The notes beneath the pieces were generated by a model that saw nothing but the letters and a program-made list of their open reading frames with translations, made no database searches and was not told the origin of the DNA. A stretch of 64,000 nucleotides of DNA from Candidatus Marinacidobacterium sp. (lineage in GTDB: Bacteria; Acidobacteriota; Vicinamibacteria; Marinacidobacterales; Marinacidobacteraceae). Of the stretch, positions 9,250 to 18,564 are shown piece by piece. The translations under genes and the position numbers were made by a program. Where the stretch lies: the NCBI GenBank assembly GCA_965220965.1, contig OZ244852.1:824621-888620 (forward strand), in the 5' to 3' direction. Numbering within the stretch: position 1 is the stretch's first letter; each line of letters starts with the position of its first letter.

Positions 9250-10590
9250 ATGATCCAGCGTCTCGACCAGTACTTCCAGATCAGCGCCCGGGGCGGCGCC
9301 TTCGGGCGCGAGGTCCTCGGCGGCGTCACGACCTTCGTGACGCTCTCCTACATCGTCCTGGTGAACCCGATCGTCCTGGGGACCACCGGGATGGATCCGG
9401 GCGCGGTGCTGGTGGCGACGGCGCTGGCGGCCGGGCTCGCCACCGCCGCCGCCGGGATCTTCGCCCGGCTCCCGGTCGCGCTGGCGCCCGGGATGGGGCT
9501 CAACTTCTTCTTCGCGTTCACGCTCTGCGCGCCGGTCGCCGCCGGCGGCTACGGCCTCACCTGGCAGCAGGCGCTGGCGGCGAGTTTCCTCGCCGGCGTG
9601 CTGTTCCTGGGCGCGACCGTGTTCCACCTGCGCTCGCGGCTGATCCGGACCGTGCCGGCGCCGCTGCGAAGCGCCATCGTGGCGGGGATCGGGCTCATGA
9701 TCGCCGTCATCGGCCTGCGCTGGGCCGGCATCCTGGTCGCGACCCCGGGTTCCTATATCGGGCTTGGCGACCTTTCGGCGCCGCCGGTGGTCGCCGCCCT
9801 GGTGGGGCTGGGAGTGGGCGCCATCGCGGTCGTGCGAAAGATCCCGGGGGCGCTGATCCTCGGGGCGGGAGCCTCGGCGGCGGTCGCGGCGGGGCTCGGG
9901 CTGACCACGTTCACCGGGGTCGTCTCCGCGCCGGCGTCGCTCGCGCCGACGTTCCTGGCGCTCGACCTCGGGGGTCTGTTCGCCGCTCCCACCTGGGTTA
10001 CGGCGATCATCATCCTCCTCCTCGTGGACATGTTCGACACCGTCGGGACCCTGGTGGGCGTCGGGACGCGGGCCGGCCTGATGCGCGACGGCAGGATGGA
10101 GGGCGCCGAGGCGGCCTTCGCGGCCGACGCCGGCGGGACGGTCGCCGGGAGCCTCCTGGGGACCTCCACGGTCACGACCTACATCGAGAGCGTCGCCGGC
10201 ATCGCGGCGGGGGGCCGCACCGGGTTCGCCGCGCTCGTGACCGGCGCGCTGCTGCTGCTGTGCGTGTTCCTGAACCCGTTGCTCTCGCTGGTGGGCGGGA
10301 CGCCGCTCGGGGACGAGACGATCTACCCGGTGGTGGCGCCGGTGCTCATCCTGGTCGGGGTCTTCATGATGCCGCAGATCCGCGACATCGCCTGGGACCG
10401 GCCGCTCGTCGCCATCCCGGCGTTCGTGACGGTCGCGGGCATGCCGCTCACCACGAGCATCACGACCGGGGTCAGCGCCGGCTTCATCGCCTGGTCGGCG
10501 CTCCACGTCGCGGCCGGCAAGGGGAAGCAGGTCTCCCTCGCCGTCCACGCGCTCGCGGTGGTCTTCCTCGTCCTGATGCTTCTCGAGTGA
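9250..10590 (+). CDS. NCS2-family purine permease (AzgA/PbuG-like adenine/guanine/hypoxanthine transporter)
   Basis: N-terminus …FQISARGGAFGREVLGGVTTFVTLSYIVLVNPIVLG… matches the AzgA family; about 12 transmembrane segments; 446 aa. Confidence 0.75.
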   Translation: MIQRLDQYFQISARGGAFGREVLGGVTTFVTLSYIVLVNPIVLGTTGMDPGAVLVATALAAGLATAAAGIFARLPVALAPGMGLNFFFAFTLCAPVAAGGYGLTWQQALAASFLAGVLFLGATVFHLRSRLIRTVPAPLRSAIVAGIGLMIAVIGLRWAGILVATPGSYIGLGDLSAPPVVAALVGLGVGAIAVVRKIPGALILGAGASAAVAAGLGLTTFTGVVSAPASLAPTFLALDLGGLFAAPTWVTAIIILLLVDMFDTVGTLVGVGTRAGLMRDGRMEGAEAAFAADAGGTVAGSLLGTSTVTTYIESVAGIAAGGRTGFAALVTGALLLLCVFLNPLLSLVGGTPLGDETIYPVVAPVLILVGVFMMPQIRDIAWDRPLVAIPAFVTVAGMPLTTSITTGVSAGFIAWSALHVAAGKGKQVSLAVHALAVVFLVLMLLE

Positions 10591-10639
10591 AGCGCTGCGG
10601 GGCGGTCGCGGCGTCTCGCATTGCCGCCGCGAACGGGAT

Positions 10640-12082
10640 TTGAACCGCCCCGGAAACCGTGAGACGATCCCCGAAGTGACTATCCAGGAATCCCGATCCG
10701 TCCTTCGCGTCTCCGGCTCCCCCCTTGTCGCCGGACTTGTCGCCGCCGTCCTGGTGGCGGGGACCGCCGCGGCGGAGCGCCCCTCGCGCGACCAGGTGTG
10801 GTCCGAGGTTCGGAGCGACGGAAAGTCGCTGGTCATCGGCCGTTTCGTCGGAAAGTTCGAGAGTCCCGACTTTCGTTCCCGCCGTCTCGTCGTCCGGAAC
10901 CGCGACACCGGGAAGGAGGAGCGGCTCGCGATCGACGACGGCCTGGGCCTGATCCACGAGCTCGTCGAGCCCGGGGTCTACGAAGTCCGCGCCATCGAGG
11001 CGGTCTACTTCCCGAACGTCCGCCCGATGAACCCCCGGCGGTTCCGCCCGATCCGGCAGCGCTTCGCGGTCGCTCCCCGCGCGCACGAGACGGCGGAGAC
11101 GCTCATCGCCGTGCCCCAGGACCGGCCGGTCTACATCGGCACCATCCGGGCGGCGGCGGAGCGCCAGGGCATGGTCTACGAAGGGCAGAAGCTCCGCGTT
11201 CTGGACGACTTCGACGCCGCCATGGACCGGCTCTCGGTGACCTTCCCGGCGCTCGCCGCCAGCCTTTCGGAGGCGTCGGTGACCCCGCAGCGGCACTTCA
11301 TGCTCCGGCCCACCCGCCCGGACCCGCCGCTCGAGATGGTCGTCGGCATGGAGGACCCGATTCGGCAGGCCCGCCAGTACATCGAGGACGGCAAGTTCGC
11401 CCAGGCGATCAACTGGCTCTCGACCTTCATGCCGGTCTCCGACCGCCATCGCAACGAGGTCCGGCTGCTCGTCGGGGAAGCGCACCTCGGGAGCCGCGAC
11501 CTCGACCTCGCCATCGAGGAACTGGGCGAGGTGCTCCTGCAGAACCCCGCGAATCTCCGCGCCCTCCGGCTACTGGCGCGGGCCCATTCGCTGAACGGGA
11601 ACCTGCTGGACGCCGAGAGCCTCTACCGCGCGCTGCTCGACCTGCGGCCGCGCGACGCGGAGGCGCACCTCCAGTTGGGATTCCTGCATGCCCTCCGGGA
11701 GGAGGCCGCAGAGTCCGAGGCCTCGTTCGAGATCGCCTTCGAGACCGACTTCGACTACCTGATGCATGACCTCGCGCCCTTCCTGGTCGCGGTCCGGAGC
11801 AACGCCGCGGCGGAGGCCGAGTACGTCCCCGCGACTCTCAGGAGCACCGAGGTTCCGCTGCGGGGCGGTGGGGGGTCGCGCCGCTCGTCCGAGCGGGACG
11901 GCGTGATGCTGCTCATCGATCACACCGGGGACGTCAAGTCGGCCCACTTCAACCCGGAGAGCTCGAGCCGCCTCCACCAGACGATGATGTCGCTGCTCCG
12001 CGGACGGTTCCGCCCGGCCACGCTGAACGGGATCGCCATCCCGTCCATCATGGCGTTCGGGAGCTTCACCGCGGACCCCTGA
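10640..12082 (+). CDS. Secreted TPR-repeat protein with a TonB-C-like C-terminal domain
   Basis: Signal-peptide-like N-terminus. The central region has TPR-like helices (…NLRALRLLARAHSLNGNLLDAESLYRALLDLRPRDAEAHLQLGFLHAL…). The C-terminus (…GVMLLIDHTGDVKSAHFNPESSS…LRGRFRPATLNGIAIPSIMAFGSF) resembles the TonB C-terminal fold. Confidence 0.45.
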   Translation: MNRPGNRETIPEVTIQESRSVLRVSGSPLVAGLVAAVLVAGTAAAERPSRDQVWSEVRSDGKSLVIGRFVGKFESPDFRSRRLVVRNRDTGKEERLAIDDGLGLIHELVEPGVYEVRAIEAVYFPNVRPMNPRRFRPIRQRFAVAPRAHETAETLIAVPQDRPVYIGTIRAAAERQGMVYEGQKLRVLDDFDAAMDRLSVTFPALAASLSEASVTPQRHFMLRPTRPDPPLEMVVGMEDPIRQARQYIEDGKFAQAINWLSTFMPVSDRHRNEVRLLVGEAHLGSRDLDLAIEELGEVLLQNPANLRALRLLARAHSLNGNLLDAESLYRALLDLRPRDAEAHLQLGFLHALREEAAESEASFEIAFETDFDYLMHDLAPFLVAVRSNAAAEAEYVPATLRSTEVPLRGGGGSRRSSERDGVMLLIDHTGDVKSAHFNPESSSRLHQTMMSLLRGRFRPATLNGIAIPSIMAFGSFTADP

Positions 12083-12116
12083 GGATCGCCGCCCTCTCGA
12101 GGCGCAACGCGAAGAA

Positions 12117-12147
12117 CGGTCCCGTCCCGCGCGATGCGGGACGGGAC
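12117..12147. terminator. Bidirectional intrinsic terminator-like hairpin between convergent genes
   Basis: Perfect 12-bp inverted repeat gtcccgtcccgc…gcgggacgggac with a 5-nt loop, lying between the stop of the + gene (12082) and the stop of the − gene (12149). Confidence 0.55.
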
Positions 12148-12148
12148 G

Positions 12149-12907
12149 TCAGCGGCTGTCCAGCAGCCGGTCCACCTCGGCCTCCAGCACCGAGAACGGC
12201 TGGTCGGTGCTGGGCGCCGGATGGAGGAGGCCTTCGCGGTCGATCAGGAAGTTCGCCGGGTAGCGGGCCGTCTGGGTGAAGATGTCGGGCACGAAGCCGT
12301 CCTCCAGCGCCTCGGGGAGGAGGAGGGGGTAGTCCACCTGGACCATGTCGCGGCGGAACGTCTGCTGGACCTCCTCGTCCTCGGTGGAGATGCCGAACAC
12401 CTGGAAGCCCTGATCGGCGCGTTCCTTCGCCAGCCGGTCCAGTTCGGGCATTTCGGCGCGGCAGGGTGGACACCAGGTGGCCCAGATGTTCACCAGTACG
12501 ACCGAGCCGGCGTGGTCGGAGAGCCGGTGACGGTTTCCGTCGAGGTCGGCGGCGAGGAAGTCCGGGGCCGGGACCCCGGCGAGCGCCAGGTTCGCGGCCT
12601 GCCGGGCGCGGCGAACCGCGCCGCCGATCGGGGCCGCGACCAGACCGAGCGAGAGCAGCGCCACCGTGGCGCCGACCCAGCCGGCGCCGGTCATGGCGCC
12701 CGCCCGTCGGGCCTGGAGCGCGCGGCGCAGCGCGAAGACCGGGGGCAGGATCATGACCAGGGCGACGGCGGCGAGCCGGAAGAGGTAGTCCGAGTCCGGG
12801 TCCGGGCTGAGGCGGGTCAGAACCAGGTAGGTTCCGGCGCCGAGGACGGCGGCGACAAAGGGCGAGGCCAGGCCCGACCAGAGCGGAGAGGGCGCGGTTT
12901 TCGTCAT
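12149..12907 (-). CDS. TlpA-like thiol:disulfide oxidoreductase (membrane-anchored redoxin)
   Basis: Two N-terminal transmembrane helices followed by a thioredoxin fold with an active-site WCPPC motif (VLVNIWATWCPPCRAEMPEL). Start ATG at 12907 overlaps the upstream stop (ATGA). Confidence 0.8.
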   Translation of the reverse strand: MTKTAPSPLWSGLASPFVAAVLGAGTYLVLTRLSPDPDSDYLFRLAAVALVMILPPVFALRRALQARRAGAMTGAGWVGATVALLSLGLVAAPIGGAVRRARQAANLALAGVPAPDFLAADLDGNRHRLSDHAGSVVLVNIWATWCPPCRAEMPELDRLAKERADQGFQVFGISTEDEEVQQTFRRDMVQVDYPLLLPEALEDGFVPDIFTQTARYPANFLIDREGLLHPAPSTDQPFSVLEAEVDRLLDSR

Positions 12908-13917
12908 GGGGAAGCCTCCACGAGGTCCGCGGCCGCGTAGCGGGCGCGGATGCCAGGGACGAGATAGCGGGAGAAGAGGGTCTCCCGGTCGTGCTCCGGG
13001 GCCCAGCCGAAGTCGCGGCGGGCGGCGCTGTCGTCGACCGCCCCGGGCCAGCTCGCGACGATCCGGTCCCGCGCCTCGTCGACCGAGGAGCGCACCACGA
13101 CTCCGGGAAAGTCGCGGCGGACGCGGGCGATGACCTCGTCCGCCGAGAAACTGGGGCCGCCGATGTTGTACGCGTGGCGCCGAAGATCGGCCTTGTCGGC
13201 GTCGGCGAGCTGGAGAAAGCCCCGCACCGCGTCCGGCATGGAGCAGAACGGCAGCCGGGCGTCCGCCCGCACGAAGAAGGCGTAGGGCTCCCCCCGGGCC
13301 GCGGCGTGGAGCAGTTCGGGCGCCCAGTCGCTGGTTCCGCCCTGCGGCGCGGTGTCGCAGGAGATCAGCCCCGGGAACCGGATGGCCCGGAAGTCGAGGC
13401 CGGCGCACTCGCGCTCCATCGCCGCCCCGAGCCGCTCGATGTAGAGCTTCTGGTCGCCGTAGAGCGTGATGGGATCCAGATGGTCTCCCTCGCCGATCGC
13501 GCCCGCCTCCGCCTTGGCGGCCCGGGACCCGAATCCGTAGACCGCGATGGAACTCGGGAACAGGAAGCGGACCGGCGCAGCCGGGGTCGCGTCGCGCGCG
13601 GCCATCTCGAGCAGATGGGCCGCCCCCTCCACGTTGACCCGGTGGGCCAGCGCCGGGACGGTCTCGGCGCGGGTGGAGAGGATGGCCGCGAGGTGAAACA
13701 CCGTCCGCGCCCGGTAGCGCGCGCCGAACGCCGCCCAGAGCTCCCGGTCGAGGATGTCCCCCTGGAAGTGTTCCGTCGGGAGGGCCGCGGCTGCGGCCGG
13801 CGGGGGACGCAGGTCCACCGTCACGACGGCCTCGCCCCGGGCGCGCAGCGAGGTGACCAGCGCGGTTCCGATTTCCCCGGCGGAGCCGGTGACGAGCGTG
13901 ACCGCGCGGCGGCTCAT
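12904..13917 (-). CDS. NAD-dependent epimerase/dehydratase-family enzyme, L-threonine 3-dehydrogenase-like (extended SDR)
   Basis: N-terminal Rossmann motif VTLVTGSAGEIGTALV; …VFHLAAILS…; YGDQK catalytic YxxxK. Overall similarity to the short-chain TDH/UDP-glucose-4-epimerase-like family. Confidence 0.7.
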   Translation of the reverse strand: MSRRAVTLVTGSAGEIGTALVTSLRARGEAVVTVDLRPPPAAAAALPTEHFQGDILDRELWAAFGARYRARTVFHLAAILSTRAETVPALAHRVNVEGAAHLLEMAARDATPAAPVRFLFPSSIAVYGFGSRAAKAEAGAIGEGDHLDPITLYGDQKLYIERLGAAMERECAGLDFRAIRFPGLISCDTAPQGGTSDWAPELLHAAARGEPYAFFVRADARLPFCSMPDAVRGFLQLADADKADLRRHAYNIGGPSFSADEVIARVRRDFPGVVVRSSVDEARDRIVASWPGAVDDSAARRDFGWAPEHDRETLFSRYLVPGIRARYAAADLVEASP

Positions 13918-14654
13918 GCGCCGCTCTCCTCCGACCCGGGTCGCCCCGCTTCGAGCGTCCGGCGCAGGAACGCTCCGAGAGCCCGGATTTCCTCCTCGCA
14001 GACCTCGTGACCCATGGCGTAGGAGCGGAAGTCCACGTTCCAGCCGTTCGCGCGGAGGGCGTCGCGGGTGGTGGTTCCACCTGCGAAGGGGACGATCTCG
14101 TCGTGGAGTCCGTGCGCCAGGAAAACCGGCGCCGCCACCGGTCCGGCGGGCGCCGCTTCTTCGGGGAACGGGAGGTAGGACGAGAGCGCGGCGAGTCCGG
14201 CGATGGCGGGCGGGGACGCGGCGTCGGGACCACGGGCGGCGGCCGCCGCGAGCGCCACCGCGCCCCCCTGCGAGAAGCCGACGAGCGCGACCCGCTCCGG
14301 GGGGATCCCACGCTCGGCCTCGGCCGCGAGAAGAGCCCGGACCCCGGAAACGACCGCTTCCAGGTGTTCCCGGTTGAGGCGCCGCGAGTCGGCGATCGAC
14401 TCGATGTCATACCAGGCGCGCATCCACATCCCGCCGTTCAGGGTGACCGGCCGGACCGGCGCCTCGGGGAACACGAAGCGGACTCCCAGTGCGGCGGGGA
14501 GGCGCAGCGCGGGCAGCACCGGGACGAAGTCCTGGCCATCGGCCCCGAGTCCATGGAGCCAGAACACGGTCGAGCGGTGGGCGCCGACCGGAGGGATCTC
14601 GACGAGATTCCACGCCGGGAGCGCGGCCGGAGCGGAAGCGGCCGTGGAGGTCAC
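13914..14654 (-). CDS. Phospholipase/carboxylesterase-family alpha/beta hydrolase
   Basis: FWLHGLGADGQDF; nucleophile elbow GFSQGGAVAL; His in …YAMGHEV. GTG start overlapping the upstream stop. Confidence 0.7.
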   Translation of the reverse strand: MTSTAASAPAALPAWNLVEIPPVGAHRSTVFWLHGLGADGQDFVPVLPALRLPAALGVRFVFPEAPVRPVTLNGGMWMRAWYDIESIADSRRLNREHLEAVVSGVRALLAAEAERGIPPERVALVGFSQGGAVALAAAAARGPDAASPPAIAGLAALSSYLPFPEEAAPAGPVAAPVFLAHGLHDEIVPFAGGTTTRDALRANGWNVDFRSYAMGHEVCEEEIRALGAFLRRTLEAGRPGSEESGA

Positions 14655-17074
14655 GCTGACTCGCTCAGGATCCGGTCGAGGACTTCGAGGTAGTGGTCGG
14701 CGTCATCGGCGCTGAAGGGCAGAGGGGGCTTGATCTTGATGACGTTCGCGTCCGCGCCGTCCGTGCTGTTCAGGATGTGCGCTCGCCGCATGCGATTCAC
14801 CAGGCGGCTGGCCGTCCCGGTCGCGGGGTCGCGCGACCCGGGGTCGCTCACCAGTTCGAAACCGAGGAAGAGGCCGCGCCCCCGGACCTGCCCGATGACA
14901 GGGTACCGCTTCGCGAGTTCTTCGAGACCGGCGATGAGCCGTCCCCCGACGCGCTCGGCGTGCTCCGCCAGCCCTTCGTCCTCGAGAACGTCGAGCAACG
15001 CGAGCCCGGCGGCGCAGGAAACCGGATTGCCGCCGAAGGTGTTGAAGTACTCCATCCCGGTCTCGAACGAGCGCGCCAGCTCGCGGGTCGTCACGACCGC
15101 CCCCAGCGGGTGTCCGTTTCCGGCGGGCTTGCCCAGGGTCACGATGTCGGGAACGAGCGGCGGGGCGGCGTCCGGCGACGCCTGGACTTCGGCGAAGGCC
15201 CACATCGCGGGACCCACCCGCCCGAACCCGGTCTGGACTTCGTCGGCCACGATGACGCCGCCGGCCTCGCGGGCCGCCTGGTAGACGGCCCGCAGATACC
15301 CCGGAGGAGGAACGACCTGGCCTCCGCACCCCGGGATCGCCTCGGTGATCACCGTCGCCGCTCCCGCCTCGCTGATGCGGCGCTGCGCGTCCTCGATGAG
15401 CGAGCCGGGGAATCCGGGGTCTTCCTCGCGGAAGCGTCCGCGGAAGCCGTCGGGCAGCGGGAGCCGGTGGAGCCAGGGCGGTCCGGGCCGGCCGCCGGGG
15501 CCGTCCAGCTTGTACGGGCTGATCTCGATGAGCGAGGTGAGGTTGCCGTGGTAGGCGCCGTCGAAGACGACGGTGTCCGGGCGCCCGATCCGGCTCCTGG
15601 CGATCCGGAGCGCGAGGTCGTTCGCCTCGCTCCCGGAGTTCGTGAGGAACACGACCTCGAGCGGGTCCGGAAACGTCGCGAGCAGGCGTTCGGCGTAGTC
15701 GGTGAGCTGGCGATAGAGGTAGCGGGTGTTCGTGTTGAGCCGGGCGGCCTGGCGGGCGATCGCCTCCGCCACCCGGGGGTGGGCGTGGCCGACATGGCAG
15801 ACGTTGTTCACCATGTCGAGGTAGGCGCGCCCATCCGCGTCGTAGAGCCGCGCCCCCTCGCCCCCCACCATGTGGATGGGCTCGTCGTAGGACACGCTGA
15901 GCGCCCCACTGAACCGCGCGCGCCGGCTGGCCAGGAGCGCCGCAGCGTCGGGCGCCGGCTCGCCCGGCTGCCGAGAGGACGTTCCGGTTCCGTTGCTGGT
16001 GTGGCCCGCCGCATCGAGGAAGCGCGCGGCGGCGTCCGCTACCGTCGATCCATCGAGTTCCGCCAGCACCCGCCAGACTCCGCTCTCGCTGACCTGCAGG
16101 TCGCTCTCGCCCTCCGCGCCGGAGCCGGGACGCCGGCGGATCGCGGCGATGCCGGCGCTGACCAGCGCCCGCAAGGCGAGCGCCGTCCGGAACGCGGCCG
16201 CCTCCTCCCGCGTCAGCGGCCGCTCCCCGGCGAACCCCGCCAGAACCGAGGCGGCGGCGGTGAGGGGGCTCGCCGCGGGACCGGCGAGATAGAGCGCCGC
16301 GGTGGCCGCCTCCACGATCCCCGGCGCCTCGAGCGCGTCCCCGAAGTCGAGCGCGGCCAGGTCTTCCGGACCGGCGTTGACCGGCGAGCCGGCGGCCAGC
16401 AGCAGGTTGTCGTCGTTCAGGTCGTTGTGGAGCGCAGCCGGGGGAAGCTCGAGGAGACGGCCCAGATCGGAGCGGATCGACTCCGCCACCCGGCGGTAGA
16501 GGCCGGCGCGCTCCGGGGAGGCGATGGCGGTCGCGCCGAGGGCGATGACCCGCCCGGCGTGGCGGGGGGCCCATGGAAGGTCCTGCGCTTCGAGCCCGGG
16601 ATGTCGGAAGCCGGCCAGCGCGCGCTGGAGCCGCCCGGCGAACCGGCCGGCCGCCTCCAGCAGGGCGTCGGTGGGCCGAGGGAAGACCGACAGCGCGACT
16701 CCGTCCTGATGGTGGAGAAGCCGGACGGCGTGGACCCGTCCGGCGAACTCCCGGTGGACGAGGCCCTCGCCGCCGGGCGCCGGCGCGAGGCGGGGCAGGC
16801 GGAGGCGGGGATCCCGCCGCCGGGCGTGCGCCGGCATCGCCGTCTGGAGATCCAGCCGGTCGGCAATTTCCGCCGCGCCCGAGATCTTGAGTACGAACCG
16901 CTCCCCGGACGCGGAGGTCAGGAGGAAGTTCCGGTCGCGCTCGCCGGAGAGAGGGGTCGCCTCCGCTTCGATGCCCCAGACCTCGCGGACGACCGCGGCC
17001 GCTCCGGCGGGATCGAGCGACGGACGTCCGGAGACCGGGTCGAGGAGCGACAGGGGGTCGGCCGGCGACGTCAT
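14651..17074 (-). CDS. Fusion protein with an N-terminal APH/hydroxylysine-kinase-like phosphotransferase domain and a C-terminal class-III aminotransferase-fold phospho-lyase domain (ETNPPL/PHYKPL-like)
   Basis: Kinase motifs: Brenner HNDLNDDNLLL and DFGDA. Aminotransferase-fold motifs: DEVQTGFGRVG and the PLP-lysine region TLGKPAGNGHPLGAV, which is characteristic of the phospho-lyase subfamily rather than true transaminases. The true start is the ATG at 17074 (MTSPADPL…); the ORF track's 1031-aa version reads through the upstream gene in another frame. Confidence 0.75.
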   Translation of the reverse strand: MTSPADPLSLLDPVSGRPSLDPAGAAAVVREVWGIEAEATPLSGERDRNFLLTSASGERFVLKISGAAEIADRLDLQTAMPAHARRRDPRLRLPRLAPAPGGEGLVHREFAGRVHAVRLLHHQDGVALSVFPRPTDALLEAAGRFAGRLQRALAGFRHPGLEAQDLPWAPRHAGRVIALGATAIASPERAGLYRRVAESIRSDLGRLLELPPAALHNDLNDDNLLLAAGSPVNAGPEDLAALDFGDALEAPGIVEAATAALYLAGPAASPLTAAASVLAGFAGERPLTREEAAAFRTALALRALVSAGIAAIRRRPGSGAEGESDLQVSESGVWRVLAELDGSTVADAAARFLDAAGHTSNGTGTSSRQPGEPAPDAAALLASRRARFSGALSVSYDEPIHMVGGEGARLYDADGRAYLDMVNNVCHVGHAHPRVAEAIARQAARLNTNTRYLYRQLTDYAERLLATFPDPLEVVFLTNSGSEANDLALRIARSRIGRPDTVVFDGAYHGNLTSLIEISPYKLDGPGGRPGPPWLHRLPLPDGFRGRFREEDPGFPGSLIEDAQRRISEAGAATVITEAIPGCGGQVVPPPGYLRAVYQAAREAGGVIVADEVQTGFGRVGPAMWAFAEVQASPDAAPPLVPDIVTLGKPAGNGHPLGAVVTTRELARSFETGMEYFNTFGGNPVSCAAGLALLDVLEDEGLAEHAERVGGRLIAGLEELAKRYPVIGQVRGRGLFLGFELVSDPGSRDPATGTASRLVNRMRRAHILNSTDGADANVIKIKPPLPFSADDADHYLEVLDRILSESA

Positions 17075-18450
17075 CAGCGGAGTACGCGCCGCAGCACCGA
17101 GAGCTTGCCGCCGTACGGCGGGTAGCGGAGCGGGACGTCCAGCCACCTCGAGGCGGAGAACCAGGCGCGCTGCTGCGAGAGCCGGTCGAAGCCGTGAACC
17201 CCGTGGTAAGCGCCGAAGCCGCTCCGGCCCACGCCCCCGAAGGGAAGCGCGGGGTTGGCGCAGTGGACGACCGCGTCGTTCACCAGCACCGCCCCCGAGC
17301 GCACCGCCGCCGCCGCGGCCCGGACGACCCGCCGGCGGCGGGAGAAGACGTGGAGGACCAGCGGATCGGGATGCCGGGCGAGTTCGGCGAGCGCGTCGTC
17401 CAGCTTCCGGTACGGCAGCAGCGGCAGGATGGGTCCGAAGAGCTCCTCGCTGGCGGCCGGATGCCCCTCCGGCCAGGGGCCCGTCACGGTGGGGGCGAAG
17501 CGGAGCGTTTCCCGGTCCCGCTCTCCCCCGCGGAGCAGCGGCAGGCCGTCCAGCATGCCGGTCAGCCGGTCGAAGTGGGCGCGGTGGACGATCCGGCCGA
17601 AGTCGGGACTGCTGGCGGGGTCCTCCCCGTAGAACCCGTCGAGTGCGCGGAACAGTTCGCTCCGGAAGCGGTCGTATTGGCTCGCCGGGACGAGGACGAA
17701 GTCGGGCGCTACGCAGGTCTGCCCCGCGTTCAGGAATTTCCCCCACGCCAACCGGCGGGCGGCCAGGCGGATATTGGCCTTCTCATCGATCAGGGCCGGA
17801 CATTTTCCTCCCAATTCGAGCGTAACCGGGGTCAAAGTCCGTCCGGCGGCCTCGGCGACGCGCGCTCCCGCGGCGCGGCTCCCGGTGAAGACGATGTGGT
17901 CGAAGGAACCGGAGGAGGCGAGCGCGGCCCCGGTCCGGGCGTCCCCGGAAACGACCTCGATGTGCCCCTCGGCCAGGACTCCCGGAACCCGCGCCGCGAG
18001 CAGCCCCGCGGTCGCCGGGGCGTGTTCCGAGGGCTTCAGCACCACCGTGTTGCCCGCCGCGATCGCCGCGACCGCCGGCCCAAGGCTCAACTGCAGGGGG
18101 TAGTTCCAGGGGGCGATCACCAGGACGACCCCCAGGGGCTCGGAGGTGATCCGGCTGCGCGCCGGCATCGTGGCCAGCGCGGTGGAGACCCGCTGCGGGC
18201 GCATCCAGCGGCGCAGGTTTCGGCGGGCCTGGCGGGCCTCCTGGACGACGAGACCGGTCTGCGCCGCCCACGCCTCGAACGGCGGACACCCGAGATCCTC
18301 CGCCAGCGCCCCCTCCCACGCCGCGCGGTCCTCCACCAGGAGGCGCTCGAGCGCCCGGAGCGCGCCGCGACGGAACGCGATCTCCCGCGGAGCGCCCGAA
18401 GACGCGAGACTCCGGGCCCGCTCGACGGCTCGCGTCAGCCCCTCGTCCAC
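17074..18450 (-). CDS. Aldehyde dehydrogenase, ALDH3-like family
   Basis: Catalytic Cys region GQTCVAPDF; LELGGKCPALI; NAD-binding FTGS…G; about 458 aa. Its stop overlaps the downstream start (ATGA). Confidence 0.8.
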   Translation of the reverse strand: MDEGLTRAVERARSLASSGAPREIAFRRGALRALERLLVEDRAAWEGALAEDLGCPPFEAWAAQTGLVVQEARQARRNLRRWMRPQRVSTALATMPARSRITSEPLGVVLVIAPWNYPLQLSLGPAVAAIAAGNTVVLKPSEHAPATAGLLAARVPGVLAEGHIEVVSGDARTGAALASSGSFDHIVFTGSRAAGARVAEAAGRTLTPVTLELGGKCPALIDEKANIRLAARRLAWGKFLNAGQTCVAPDFVLVPASQYDRFRSELFRALDGFYGEDPASSPDFGRIVHRAHFDRLTGMLDGLPLLRGGERDRETLRFAPTVTGPWPEGHPAASEELFGPILPLLPYRKLDDALAELARHPDPLVLHVFSRRRRVVRAAAAAVRSGAVLVNDAVVHCANPALPFGGVGRSGFGAYHGVHGFDRLSQQRAWFSASRWLDVPLRYPPYGGKLSVLRRVLR

Positions 18451-18564
18451 CTCGGCCGCGCAGTATAGGGGGCGCGGGTAGACTCGCGGGCCGCCGTGTC
18501 GTATCCGATTCCTGACTCAGCTCTCCCGTCGCCACGGGCCGCGCTTCCTGGCCGCGCCGAGGCG

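Noticed and set aside
7879-10908. 1009-aa ORF antisense to the HEAT-repeat and permease genes, and the similar 753-aa ORF at 6120..8381
   Set aside because: Same GC-driven artefact. Biased RGP-rich composition and overlap with well-supported genes.
14693-17125. 810-aa plus-strand ORF opposite the kinase–phospho-lyase fusion, and the 623-aa ORF at 14703..16574
   Set aside because: Antisense or alternative-frame read-throughs of a strongly supported gene with PLP-enzyme and kinase motifs on the minus strand.
17074-17746. Arg-rich 224-aa N-terminal extension of the kinase–phospho-lyase ORF
   Set aside because: It overlaps the ALDH gene's 3' end. The ATG at 17074 forms a canonical ATGA junction with the ALDH stop.
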